Assembly: GCA_964016885.1 (NCBI GenBank)
Contig: OZ024745.1
Coordinates: forward strand, 86,986,001-87,050,000
DNA: 64,000 nt
Origin: Eledone cirrhosa
Lineage: Eukaryota
Direction of reading: 5' to 3'
Shown piece after piece: positions 26,796 to 37,600 of this stretch. The notes under the pieces are model-generated. The model ran no database searches. It was not told the origin of the DNA and saw only the letters and a list, made by a program, of their open reading frames with translations. Positions within the stretch are counted from its first letter, which is position 1. Each line of letters begins with the position of its first letter. A program made the translations under genes and the position numbers.

Positions 26796-28712
26796 ATGAA
26801 CGCTGCGTCCAACGATAATGGTGGTGGAGAGGCGGTAAGACTACAAAGCTCGCAGTCAACAACGTCTTCTTCACTAGATACTATAGAGATGGAAAGACAA
26901 AATGAAAATAAAAAAACGAATTCACATCCAAACAACACAAATGACACCAAACAGCTCAATGACAACAAAAATAACAGCAAAACCAATAATGATGATAAAA
27001 GCAACAATGATAACAACAACAAAGAAAAAAATAAAGACAACGCCAATAACACCAGCATCAAAGACAACAACAACACCAAGGAAAATACGGATGATACCAA
27101 CATCGGTGACAACAAGAATAACAACAACAATAACAACAATAATGACAACACCACCAATACGGATTCCACAAAGAAACCAAAAATCTCCTTTGCGGAGAAA
27201 GTTCAAAAGAAAGAACAATTGATATATCTCGACATAACAAATGCTGAACACCTTTTAAAGGACGCTAAGAGATATGTCACCTTCGAAAAAAATGGTGCTT
27301 TCAGCATCAATTCTCCGGTAGAAATTCGCAAGGAAACTGCTCTCAAAACGATAGTTTTTAGGACAGTTTCCAATTCTACCCGAAAACCAGTCCAATTGTC
27401 ACAGAAAGATATTGAACTGGTTTTCAAAGATTCAATGAATGATATTGCATTCATTCAAAGAAGCAAACTTTTTGGGAGTATTTCGGTACTGATGAAGGAT
27501 CAATTGACGGCTCAAAATTACTCTGTGTCGCCAATTGTATCCAACCTGTACACCTTTTTCCCTACATACATGGGAAAAAGGACACAAAAGATCAGAATCA
27601 CAAGTGTCACACCAAAGGTGAACATATGGTGGATACTGTGCGGCTTCATCAATTTTGATGAAGACAGAATACTGTCAGTAGGCAAGTCCCCCAGAGATGT
27701 ATTCAATGGGACTAGCATTGAAGTTCTGGTGCAAATGAGCCCAGAGCGAATAGCTATGATCCCACAGCGTGTACTCCTGGACGGACTTACCTACATAAAC
27801 CTTTCGGTTGAGGGTAGGCGGCCTTCATGTTACCATTGCTTTAGCAGGGGTCACCTGAGGGCTTCCTGTCCTAAACTAATGAACCAAAAAAAGGCTCTTC
27901 TACCGACACCCATCAAAACAACACAACCACCAACACCACCACTACAACAACAACACCAACACACAAAAATAACCACAACAAACACAGTCCCACCCAACCT
28001 CACTCCACCTAAAACCACTGCAAAATCACATACAGACACAACAGCTCCCCAAGACATACCCCTCCCCAATCACACAGACGATACAACAGATGAGGCTATC
28101 TCGCCATCACCCAGTGAAGACGAGGGAGAACCCCATCGCTCGAAAAGAAAGAAAAGACATCACAAAAGCAAAAAACCAGCAAACACTACCACAAACATAC
28201 AACCACCAACACAAACAACAAAAATATCACAAACAAAACCCCCACCTCCTGAAAACAAAATACCTACAACAAAACGAAAGCACACACAAGAACTACAGAC
28301 AAAAACAAACACAACACAAGAAAATTACACTTACACTTACATAAACACTGAAAACAAAACACTAATGGAGACCATTACGAACGACCCTTCGGTTTTCACC
28401 GAAGGGAAAACTTTCGCCCACTCTATAAAAAATAGCAAAAAAATGAACCTAAAACTGATTAGGGTCCCTATACAAACTTATAGGTCCCTAAAAGAAACAT
28501 TTGAGAAGGATGTGGGGAATTCCTGCGTGAAACCACTCAACCGCGTCCTTCTCAAATGCCTCCCCACCCCAGACACCCCCATCCCACCAGACCCCACCCC
28601 ACCAAACATCTGCGTCCCCACCCCGCCGGAAACCACCACCCATCCAGACAACCCCTCCAACACCCCCATGGAAATCGTGCGGCCTGGTCCCCAGGAGGCG
28701 AAGGGTGAGTGA
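26796..28712 (+). CDS. ORF1p, gag-like RNA-binding protein (638 aa)
   Basis: Asn-rich N-terminus, globular middle (RRM-like, inferred), CYHCFSRGHLRASC (CX2CX4HX4C), Pro/Thr/Lys-rich linker. Confidence 0.93.
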   Translation: MNAASNDNGGGEAVRLQSSQSTTSSSLDTIEMERQNENKKTNSHPNNTNDTKQLNDNKNNSKTNNDDKSNNDNNNKEKNKDNANNTSIKDNNNTKENTDDTNIGDNKNNNNNNNNNDNTTNTDSTKKPKISFAEKVQKKEQLIYLDITNAEHLLKDAKRYVTFEKNGAFSINSPVEIRKETALKTIVFRTVSNSTRKPVQLSQKDIELVFKDSMNDIAFIQRSKLFGSISVLMKDQLTAQNYSVSPIVSNLYTFFPTYMGKRTQKIRITSVTPKVNIWWILCGFINFDEDRILSVGKSPRDVFNGTSIEVLVQMSPERIAMIPQRVLLDGLTYINLSVEGRRPSCYHCFSRGHLRASCPKLMNQKKALLPTPIKTTQPPTPPLQQQHQHTKITTTNTVPPNLTPPKTTAKSHTDTTAPQDIPLPNHTDDTTDEAISPSPSEDEGEPHRSKRKKRHHKSKKPANTTTNIQPPTQTTKISQTKPPPPENKIPTTKRKHTQELQTKTNTTQENYTYTYINTENKTLMETITNDPSVFTEGKTFAHSIKNSKKMNLKLIRVPIQTYRSLKETFEKDVGNSCVKPLNRVLLKCLPTPDTPIPPDPTPPNICVPTPPETTTHPDNPSNTPMEIVRPGPQEAKGE

Positions 28713-28746
28713 TCTCTTTTTCCTCTTTTAACTTTTCAGCACCAGC

Positions 28747-31700
28747 ATGGCCAATATAAGAGTTGGATGTGTGAACGTACGCGGCCTGGGGATGCCCTGG
28801 AAACAGGGCAAACTCTTAAACGACCTCAGGTCGCACAGTTTGGATGTGGTAGCCATTTGCGAGTCCAGGATCCACGGCGAGCGACAGCTGGCCCCCATCT
28901 TCGATGACTTTGAGATCTACGCATCTCTCTGTCAACCGGGGGGTGGGGGCGGAGTTGCCGTTTTGCTGCGGAAACACCTGGGCCTCGTAACACAGACGGT
29001 ACATCTGGACCCGGAGGGTCGACTGGTGGTCCTAGACGTTGACGGTAGTGAAGGTGGAGCGTTCAGGCTGGTGGCCGCATATGCCCCATCCGGGACACCG
29101 CGGCCAGACTTCTTCAAACGTCTAGAGACTTTTCTGGGAACGTCCCGCTCCTTGCTTTTAGTGGGGGACTGGAATGGAATCCTAGATGCACGTTGGGACT
29201 ATGTGGGAGCATGTCCCGATAAAGGGGGGTGTAACAGCCTCAAACAGTTAATCGACCGATTTGACCTGGCCGATAGATATCGACTAGATTTTCCGACTGC
29301 GCCACTGTGGACGTGGAGTAATCGTAGCGGAACATCTAGATCGTACCTAGATAGGGTTCTAGTTAGAAATAAGGATAGGGACATGTTAAGCTGTCCACAA
29401 ATGTTCATGGTTGCCTATTCAGATCACAAACTAGTGACCTGCATGGCCAACCTTGATAGAACCCATAGACAAGGACCCGGCTACTGGAAGCTGAACTTGT
29501 CGTTACCGACAAGCAAAGCCTACAGTAGACGGATTAGCACTTTAGTTAAACAGCACTTGACAGGGGCCATTGTCAACAACAGATGGTGGTACTCTCTCAA
29601 GAGGGCAGTTAGATTAGACTCGATAGTTTTTAGTAAAGAATTAGCGTTAGATAGAAATAGAACCGAGAAGGAACTGGTAGATAAAGTAGAAGAGGCTATT
29701 AGAAGTGGCAACGTAGCCAGCGTGCTAGCAACGAGAACGGCCTTGGACCAGTTCTTCGACGCAAAGCACGAGGGCTGCGTTGTCAGAAGCAAAATACGTG
29801 CTCTGGGAAACGAGGGAGCCAAAGCTGTTAGCTGGGCCCGAGTGACGGAGGCAAAAAGTGGCAACAAGTCCACGATTCGGTCTTTGAAGGACCAAAACGG
29901 ACGCGTGATACGTGAGCCGAAGCAGATGTGTGCGGCTTTTCAGCGGCACTTTGCTCGGCTGTTCGGGGGGAGCGGCGCGCCGGGAGAGGCTATGGATTTC
30001 GGTCCATACCTCGACGGCCTACCGCGACTCTCGGACAGCGAGGCGAAGTTCTGCGAAAAGCCGATTTCAGCCACTGAGATAGGGGACGCGCTGAGCCAAT
30101 GCGGCAAACGCAAATCTCCAGGTCTCGACGGTCTACCCTACGAATTTTACGTAGCAATGCCGGACTTATTCTCCGGTCTCCTGGAAGCGGTCTACTGCAA
30201 CTGGCAACAGAACGGGAGAATTCCCAGTTCTGTAACCGGGGGCGTGGTCACACTAATCAGGAAGGACGAGAATAAGGGGGATGACATAGGCAACTTATGG
30301 CCCATAACTCTGCTAAACACAGAGTTACAGATTTTGGCCAAGGTGTTGGCAAAGAGGCTGGCGCTTGTCGTCGAGAACCTGGTGGGAGAAGCGCAGACAT
30401 GCGCGATCCCGACCAGGTCCATACACGACAACCTCCACCTCATGCGATACATCATAGAGAGGGTAGGGTGTAAACCCGGCTTCGGTGGGGCCCTGATCAA
30501 CTTGGATCAGTCTAAGGCTTTCGATAGGGTTGACCATCGTTACCTGGATGCGGTGCTCGAGGCGGCAGGCTTCGGACCCGTGTTCAGGAGCTGGATTGCT
30601 GCAATGCACAACAGCAACATCTGCTCAAGGGTCAAGGTGAACGGTTACCTCTCGGAGCCGTTCCATATTACGCGATCCATTCGACAGGGATGCCCTCTCT
30701 CCTCCCTTCTGTACGTACTGACTCTCGAGCCACTACTGCGGAAGCTCGAGCTATTGCAGGGCATCCCTCTGGAACCGGGACTGCGGAAAGCGGCGTCAGC
30801 CTACGCCGACGACGTGACAGTAATGGTGTCGAGCGCCTCGCAAATCGAGGAAGTCGGCACCTTACTAAAGGAATACGAAAGTCTCACAGGAGCGAAGCTG
30901 AACCGGGACAAGTCCATCGGTTTGCAACTCGGATCGTGGAGAGGCAGACCGATGCCTTCCGATGGCGTCGTCGGACGCTGGACGGAAGGACCGGTAAAGC
31001 TGCTCGGGGTCTGGTTTGGTCCGGACCTCCAGGTGGAGAAGAACTGGAACGAAGTGACGGCCAAGGTGTTTGCACTCACCCAGAAGTGGGCCGAGTGCAA
31101 ACTATCCTTGAAAGGTCGAGCGGAGGTGGCGAACACTTTTATAGCGTCCGCCATCTACTACCGCTTGACCGTCGTGCCTTGTCCAGCCAAAACGCTCGCC
31201 AAAATGGAGCGCGCCCTCTTCCGATTCCTTTGGAAGAGGCGGGCTCCTTTGGTAAGAAGATCCATCTGCTGCCAACACCCTTCTAACGGAGGGCTGGGGA
31301 TGCCGTGGTTGACGATGCGCAAACACGCGCTCAGGCTGCGGCATCTCTACGTATTCCTCACCGGACAACCGGTGTGGGCCCCGTTCGTGAGGCGAGCCTT
31401 CCCACGACTCGTCTCGCTGACCGAGCTGCAGTCCTGGGTCAAGCAGAGACCGAGGAAAATGGGCGACTGGCACATCGAATGTGCTCAGGCGCTCACAGCC
31501 CTCTGGCAGGCGGACCCGGCGATCAGTGGAGACTCCACTTCGTCATTCTATAGAGGGTTGGTCCGCAGCAAGTGCGACGACGCGCTCGGTGAAACTCTAG
31601 GCGTGGAGGAAGATGAACTGGCCAGTCTGTTCGGTAGGACCTTCCGCCCGGGACCGATGGACAACTTCCAAAAGTCCCTGGCCTGGCAGTGCTACCGAGG

Positions 31701-32184
31701 AGCTCTACCAGTTCGAGACAAGCTCTACAGACATGGGCGCCCGGGCAGGGACCCTGCAAAAAAGATCTGTCCGAGGTGCGTGCGAGACGAAGAAACCGTC
31801 GCGCACGCATTCATACACTGCCCGGGCGTCACTGACCTGTGGGGCTATGTAGAACGACTATTGTCGCGGGTGGGACCAATCCGGTTGACCACCGAGTCCA
31901 TTGTCATGATCAAACCGCCACCCTCCTTCAAAAACGAAGGAGAGGCGGTTTTCCTTTGTGTGATAGCTATGGCGAAAGAGGTTGTATGGTGGACAAGGTT
32001 GAAAGGGCTGAGGTCAGACACCTTTCTCTCCGGCCAACAACTGATTCTTTTTTTCAAATACCACTTTGGAAGAAGAATCAGGATGGAGAGAGAGGTGCTG
32101 TACCCCAGCAAGTTTTATGAAAGGTGGGTGAAAGTGGCGAGAATGGCCCGAGTGAATGGGCCTTCTCTCTATATCAGCCTGTAG
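28747..32184 (+). CDS. ORF2p, AP-endonuclease / reverse transcriptase (1145 aa)
   Basis: NVRGL, GDWN, YLDR, SDH (APE); KSPGLDG, DQSKAFD, RQGCPLS, YADD (RT); CPRC..H...HC zinc finger; carries LWPI instead of FRPI. Confidence 0.97.
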   Translation: MANIRVGCVNVRGLGMPWKQGKLLNDLRSHSLDVVAICESRIHGERQLAPIFDDFEIYASLCQPGGGGGVAVLLRKHLGLVTQTVHLDPEGRLVVLDVDGSEGGAFRLVAAYAPSGTPRPDFFKRLETFLGTSRSLLLVGDWNGILDARWDYVGACPDKGGCNSLKQLIDRFDLADRYRLDFPTAPLWTWSNRSGTSRSYLDRVLVRNKDRDMLSCPQMFMVAYSDHKLVTCMANLDRTHRQGPGYWKLNLSLPTSKAYSRRISTLVKQHLTGAIVNNRWWYSLKRAVRLDSIVFSKELALDRNRTEKELVDKVEEAIRSGNVASVLATRTALDQFFDAKHEGCVVRSKIRALGNEGAKAVSWARVTEAKSGNKSTIRSLKDQNGRVIREPKQMCAAFQRHFARLFGGSGAPGEAMDFGPYLDGLPRLSDSEAKFCEKPISATEIGDALSQCGKRKSPGLDGLPYEFYVAMPDLFSGLLEAVYCNWQQNGRIPSSVTGGVVTLIRKDENKGDDIGNLWPITLLNTELQILAKVLAKRLALVVENLVGEAQTCAIPTRSIHDNLHLMRYIIERVGCKPGFGGALINLDQSKAFDRVDHRYLDAVLEAAGFGPVFRSWIAAMHNSNICSRVKVNGYLSEPFHITRSIRQGCPLSSLLYVLTLEPLLRKLELLQGIPLEPGLRKAASAYADDVTVMVSSASQIEEVGTLLKEYESLTGAKLNRDKSIGLQLGSWRGRPMPSDGVVGRWTEGPVKLLGVWFGPDLQVEKNWNEVTAKVFALTQKWAECKLSLKGRAEVANTFIASAIYYRLTVVPCPAKTLAKMERALFRFLWKRRAPLVRRSICCQHPSNGGLGMPWLTMRKHALRLRHLYVFLTGQPVWAPFVRRAFPRLVSLTELQSWVKQRPRKMGDWHIECAQALTALWQADPAISGDSTSSFYRGLVRSKCDDALGETLGVEEDELASLFGRTFRPGPMDNFQKSLAWQCYRGALPVRDKLYRHGRPGRDPAKKICPRCVRDEETVAHAFIHCPGVTDLWGYVERLLSRVGPIRLTTESIVMIKPPPSFKNEGEAVFLCVIAMAKEVVWWTRLKGLRSDTFLSGQQLILFFKYHFGRRIRMEREVLYPSKFYERWVKVARMARVNGPSLYISL

Positions 32185-32423
32185 GTTGAGGAAAAGGAGG
32201 AGGAGAGGAAAGGAGTACAAGCTCTTCGTACTCCTGGAGATGAGGGTTGCACATTTTTTTCGGGGGTCTGTGTTACCCATATAAACTGTCTCCCTCTATT
32301 GGGGAAAATCGACTAACTTTTAAATTCCATCTGTGATAACATTTTACACGTTTTTATTGTATGTAAACTTCCCCCTTTGTATTTGTCCCCTTCTTTTGTG
32401 CCCCTGTGGCTAATAAAGAAATA

Positions 32424-32472
<49 letters not shown>

Positions 32473-32697
32473 CTCTATCAGACGTGTGTCACTTCGCGGA
32501 GAAGTTTCCGTTAATTTATGTAAGGAAAAAACGTGAGTTTTTAGTTCAATTTTATATCATTGTGTAACTTGACCACCCGTCTGGACCTTCAGGTGGTGGG
32601 TCAACTCATTTTCGCCCCTACAGGGGCGGAATATCCATTTAAAAAATTTTTCTCCATCGAATCTTGGAAAAAAATATTGTAAAATTTTGATTACGTT

Positions 32698-34614
32698 ATG
32701 AACGCTGCGTCCAACGATAATGGTGGTGGAGAGGCGGTAAGACTACAAAGCTCGCAGTCAACAACGTCTTCTTCACTAGATACTATAGAGATGGAAAGAC
32801 AAAATGAAAATAAAAAAACGAATACACATCCAAACAACACAAATGACACCAAACAGCTCAATGACAACAAAAATAACAGCAAAACCAATAATGATGATAA
32901 AAGCAACAATGATAACAACAACAAAGAAAAAAATAAAGACAACGCCAATAACACCAGCATCAAAGACAACAACAACACCAAGGAAAATACGGATGATACC
33001 AACATCGGTGACAACAAGAATAAAAACAAGAATAACAACAATAATGACAACACCACCAATACGGATTCCACAAAGAAACCAAAAATCTCCTTTGCGGAGA
33101 AAGTTCAAAAGAAAGAACAATTGATATATCTCGACATAACAAATGCTGAACACCTTTTAAAGGACGCTAAGAGATATGTCACCTTCGAAAAAAATGGTGC
33201 TTTCAGCATCAATTCTCCGGTAGAAATTCGCAAGGAAACTGCTCTCAAAACGATAGTTTTTAGGACAGTATCCAATTCTACCCGAAAACCAGTCCAATTG
33301 TCACAGAAAGATATTGAACTGGTTTTCAAAGATTCAATGAATGATATTGCATTCATTCAAAGAAGCAAACTTTTTGGGAGTATTTCGGTACTGATGAAGG
33401 ATCAATTGACGGCCCAAAATTACTCTGTGTCGCCAATTGTATCCAACCTGTACACCTTTTTCCCTACATACATGGGAAAAAGGACACAAAAGATCAGAAT
33501 CACAAGTGTCACACCAAAGGTGAACATATGGTGGATACTGTGCGGCTTCATCAATTTTGATGAAGACAGAATACTGTCAGTAGGCAAGTCCCCCAGAGAT
33601 GTATTCAATGGGACTAGCATTGAAGTTCTGGTGCAAATGAGCCCAGAGCGAATAGCTATGATCCCACAGCGTGTACTCCTGGACGGACTTACCTACATAA
33701 ACCTTTCAGTTGAGGGTAGGCGGCCTTCATGTTACCATTGCTTTAGCAGGGGTCACCTGAGGGCTTCCTGTCCTAAACTAATGAACCAAAAAAAGGCTCT
33801 TCTGCCAACACCCATCAAAACAACACAACCACCAACACCACCACTACAACAACAACACCAACACACAAAAATAACCACAACAAACACAGTCCCACCCAAC
33901 CTCACTCCACCTAAAACCACTGCAAAATCACATACAGACACAACAGCTCCCCAAGACATACCCCTCCCCAATCACACAGACGATACAACAGATGAGGCTA
34001 TCTCGCCATCACCCAGTGAAGACGAGGGAGAACCCCATCGCTCGAAAAGAAAGAAAAGACATCACAAAAGCAAAAAACCAGCAAACACTACCACAAACAT
34101 ACAACCACCAACACAAACAACAAAAATATCACAAACAAAACCCCCACCTCCTGAAAACAAAATACCTACAACAAAACGAAAGCACACACAAGAACTACAG
34201 ACAAAAACAAACACAACACAAGAAAATTACACTTACACTTACATAAACACTGAAAACAAAACACTAATGGAGACCATTACGAACGACCCTTCGGCTTTCA
34301 CCGAAGGGAAAACTTTCGCCCACTCTATAAAAAATAGCAAAAAAATGAACCTAAAACTGATTAGGGTCCCTATACAAACTTATAGGTCCCTAAAAGAAAC
34401 ATTTGAGAAGGATGTGGGGAATTCCTGCGTGAAACCACTCAACCGCGTCCTTCTCAAATGCCTCCCCACCCCAGACACCCCCATCCCACCAGACCCCACC
34501 CCACCAAACATCTGCGTCCCCACCCCGCCGGAAACCACCACCCATCCAGACAACCCCTCCAACACCCCCATGGAAATCGTGCGGCCTGGTCCCCAGGAGG
34601 CGAAGGGTGAGTGA
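32698..34614 (+). CDS. ORF1p, gag-like (638 aa)
   Basis: Same as 26796-28712 except 4 amino-acid differences seen. Confidence 0.93.
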   Translation: MNAASNDNGGGEAVRLQSSQSTTSSSLDTIEMERQNENKKTNTHPNNTNDTKQLNDNKNNSKTNNDDKSNNDNNNKEKNKDNANNTSIKDNNNTKENTDDTNIGDNKNKNKNNNNNDNTTNTDSTKKPKISFAEKVQKKEQLIYLDITNAEHLLKDAKRYVTFEKNGAFSINSPVEIRKETALKTIVFRTVSNSTRKPVQLSQKDIELVFKDSMNDIAFIQRSKLFGSISVLMKDQLTAQNYSVSPIVSNLYTFFPTYMGKRTQKIRITSVTPKVNIWWILCGFINFDEDRILSVGKSPRDVFNGTSIEVLVQMSPERIAMIPQRVLLDGLTYINLSVEGRRPSCYHCFSRGHLRASCPKLMNQKKALLPTPIKTTQPPTPPLQQQHQHTKITTTNTVPPNLTPPKTTAKSHTDTTAPQDIPLPNHTDDTTDEAISPSPSEDEGEPHRSKRKKRHHKSKKPANTTTNIQPPTQTTKISQTKPPPPENKIPTTKRKHTQELQTKTNTTQENYTYTYINTENKTLMETITNDPSAFTEGKTFAHSIKNSKKMNLKLIRVPIQTYRSLKETFEKDVGNSCVKPLNRVLLKCLPTPDTPIPPDPTPPNICVPTPPETTTHPDNPSNTPMEIVRPGPQEAKGE

Positions 34615-34647
34615 TCTCTTTTCCTCTTTTAACTTTTCAGCACCAAC

Positions 34648-37600
34648 ATGGCCAATATAAGAGTTGGATGTGTGAACGTACGCGGCCTGGGGATGCCCTG
34701 GAAACAGGGCAAACTCTTAAACGACCTCAGGTCGCACAGTTTGGATGTGGTAGCCATTTGCGAGTCCAGGATCCACGGCGAGCGACAGCTGGCCCCCATC
34801 TTCGATGACTTTGAGATCTACGCATCTCTCTGTCAACCGGGGGGTGGGGGCGGAGTTGCCGTTTTGCTGCGGAAACACCTGGGCCTCGTAACACAGACGG
34901 TACATCTGGACCCGGAGGGTCGACTGGTGGTCCTAGACGTTGACGGTAGTGAAGGTGGAGCGTTCAGGCTGGTGGCCGCATATGCCCCATCCGGGACACC
35001 GCGGCCAGACTTCTTCAAACGTCTAGAGACTTTTCTGGGAACGTCCCGCTCCTTGCTTTTAGTGGGGGACTGGAATGGAATCCTAGATGCACGTTGGGAC
35101 TATGTGGGAGCATGTCCCGATAAAGGGGGGTGTAACAGCCTCAAACAGTTAATCGACCGATTTGACCTGGCCGATAGATATCGACTAGATTTTCCGACTG
35201 CGCCACTGTGGACGTGGAGTAATCGTAGCGGAACATCTAGATCGTACCTAGATAGGGTTCTAGTTAGAAATAAGGATAGGGACATGTTAAGCTGTCCACA
35301 AATGTTCATGGTTGCCTATTCGGATCACAAACTAGTGACCTGCATGGCCAACCTTGATAGAACCCATAGACAAGGACCCGGCTACTGGAAGCTGAACTTG
35401 TCGTTACCGACAAGCAAAGCCTACAGTAGACGGATTAGCACTTTAGTTAAACAGCACTTGACAGGGGCCATTGTCAACAACAGATGGTGGTACTCTCTCA
35501 AGAGGGCAGTTAGATTAGACTCGATAGTTTTTAGTAAAGAATTAGCGTTAGATAGAAATAGAACCGAGAAGGAACTGGTAGATAAAGTAGAAGAGGCTAT
35601 TAGAAGTGGCAACGTAGCCAGCGTGCTAGCAACGAGAACGGCCTTGGACCAGTTCTTCGACGCAAAGCACGAGGGCTGCGTTGTCAGAAGCAAAATACGT
35701 GCTCTGGGAAACGAGGGAGCCAAAGCTGTTAGCTGGGCCCGAGTGACGGAGGCAAAAAGTGGCAACAAGTCCACGATTCGGTCTTTGAAGGACCAAAACG
35801 GACGCGTGATACGTGAGCCGAAGCAGATGTGTGCGGCTTTTCAGCGGCACTTTGCTCGGCTGTTCGGGGGGAGCGGCGCGCCGGGAGAGGCTATGGATTT
35901 CGGTCCATACCTCGACGGCCTACCGCGACTCTCGGACAGCGAGGCGAAGTTCTGCGAAAAGCCGATTTCAGCCACTGAGATAGGGGACGCGCTGAGCCAA
36001 TGCGGCAAACGCAAATCTCCAGGTCTCGACGGTCTACCCTACGAATTTTACGTAGCAATGCCGGACTTATTCTCCGGTCTCCTGGAAGCGGTCTACTGCA
36101 ACTGGCAACAGAACGGGAGAATTCCCAGTTCTGTAACCGGGGGCGTGGTCACACTAATCAGGAAGGACGAGAATAAGGGGGATGACATAGGCAACTTCCG
36201 GCCCATAACTCTGCTAAACACAGAGTTACAGATTTTGGCCAAGGTGTTGGCAAAGAGGCTGGCGCTTGTCGTCGAGAACCTGGTGGGAGAAGCGCAGACA
36301 TGCGCGATCCCGACCAGGTCCATACACGACAACCTCCACCTCATGCGATACATCATAGAGAGGGTAGGGTGTAAACCCGGCTTCGGTGGGGCCCTGATCA
36401 ACTTGGATCAGTCTAAGGCTTTCGATAGGGTTGACCATCGTTACCTGGATGCGGTGCTCGAGGCGGCAGGCTTCGGACCCGTGTTCAGGGGCTGGATTGC
36501 TGCAATGCACAACAGCAACATCTGCTCAAGGGTCAAGGTGAACGGTTACCTCTCGGAGCCGTTCCATATTACGCGATCCATTCGACAGGGATGCCCTCTC
36601 TCCTCCCTTCTGTACGTACTGACTCTCGAGCCACTACTGCGGAAGCTGGAGCTATTGCAGGGCATCCCTCTGGAACCGGGACTGCGGAAAGCGGCGTCGG
36701 CCTACGCCGACGACGTGACAGTAATGGTGTCGAGCGCCTCGCAAATCGAGAAAGTCGGCACCTTACTAAAGGAATACGAAAGTCTCACAGGAGCGAAGCT
36801 GAACCGGGACAAGTCCATCGGTTTGCAACTCGGATCGTGGAGAGGCAGACCGATGCCTTCCGATGGCGTCGTCGGACGCTGGACGGAAGGACCGGTAAAG
36901 CTGCTCGGGGTCTGGTTTGGTCCGGACCTCCAGGTGGAGAAGAACTGGAACGAAGTGACGGCCAAGGTGTTTGCACTCACCCAGAAGTGGGCCGAGTGCA
37001 AACTATCCTTGAAAGGTCGAGCGGAGGTGGCGAACACTTTTATAGCGTCCGCCATCTACTACCGCTTGACCGTCGTGCCTTGTCCAGCCAAAACGCTCGC
37101 CAAAATGGAGCGCGCCCTCTTCCGATTCCTTTGGAAGAGGCGGGCTCCTTTGGTAAGAAGATCCATCTGCTGCCAACACCCTTCTAACGGAGGGCTGGGG
37201 ATGCCGTGGTTGACGATGCGCAAACACGCGCTCAGGCTGCGGCATCTCTACGTATTCCTCACCGGACAACCGGTGTGGGCCCCGTTCGTGAGGCGAGCCT
37301 TCCCACGACTCGTCTCACTGACCGAGCTGCAGTCCTGGGTCAAGCAGAGACCGAGGAAAATGGGCGACTGGCACATCGAATGTGCTCAGGCGCTCACAGC
37401 CCTCTGGCAGGCGGACCCGGCGATCAGTGGAGACTCCACTTCGTCATTCTATAGAGGGTTGGTCCGCAGCAAGTGCGACGACGCGCTCGGTGAAACTCTA
37501 GGCGTGGAGGAAGATGAACTGGCCAGTCTGTTCGGTAGGACCTTCCGCCCGGGACCGATGGACAACTTCCAAAAGTCCCTGGCCTGGCAGTGCTACCGAG

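Larger units (their letters stand above)
26577..32423 (+). mobile_element. Tx1-like unit E4 (family A), full length
   Basis: ~220-bp 5' UTR starting CAGTCGTGTGTC, ORF1, 34-bp spacer, ORF2, 3' UTR, AATAAA at 32412-32417, (CTAT)n tail. Confidence 0.97.

Noticed and set aside
28705-28739. GTGAGT...TTTTCAG micro-intron in the ORF1-ORF2 spacer that might fuse the ORFs
   Set aside because: Only 34-35 nt, the join leaves ORF2 out of frame, and the AG is absent in families B and C
26789-32280. Antisense and alternative-frame ORFs overlapping ORF1/ORF2
   Set aside because: Expected shadows of strong A/C strand bias and GC-rich codons; no motifs
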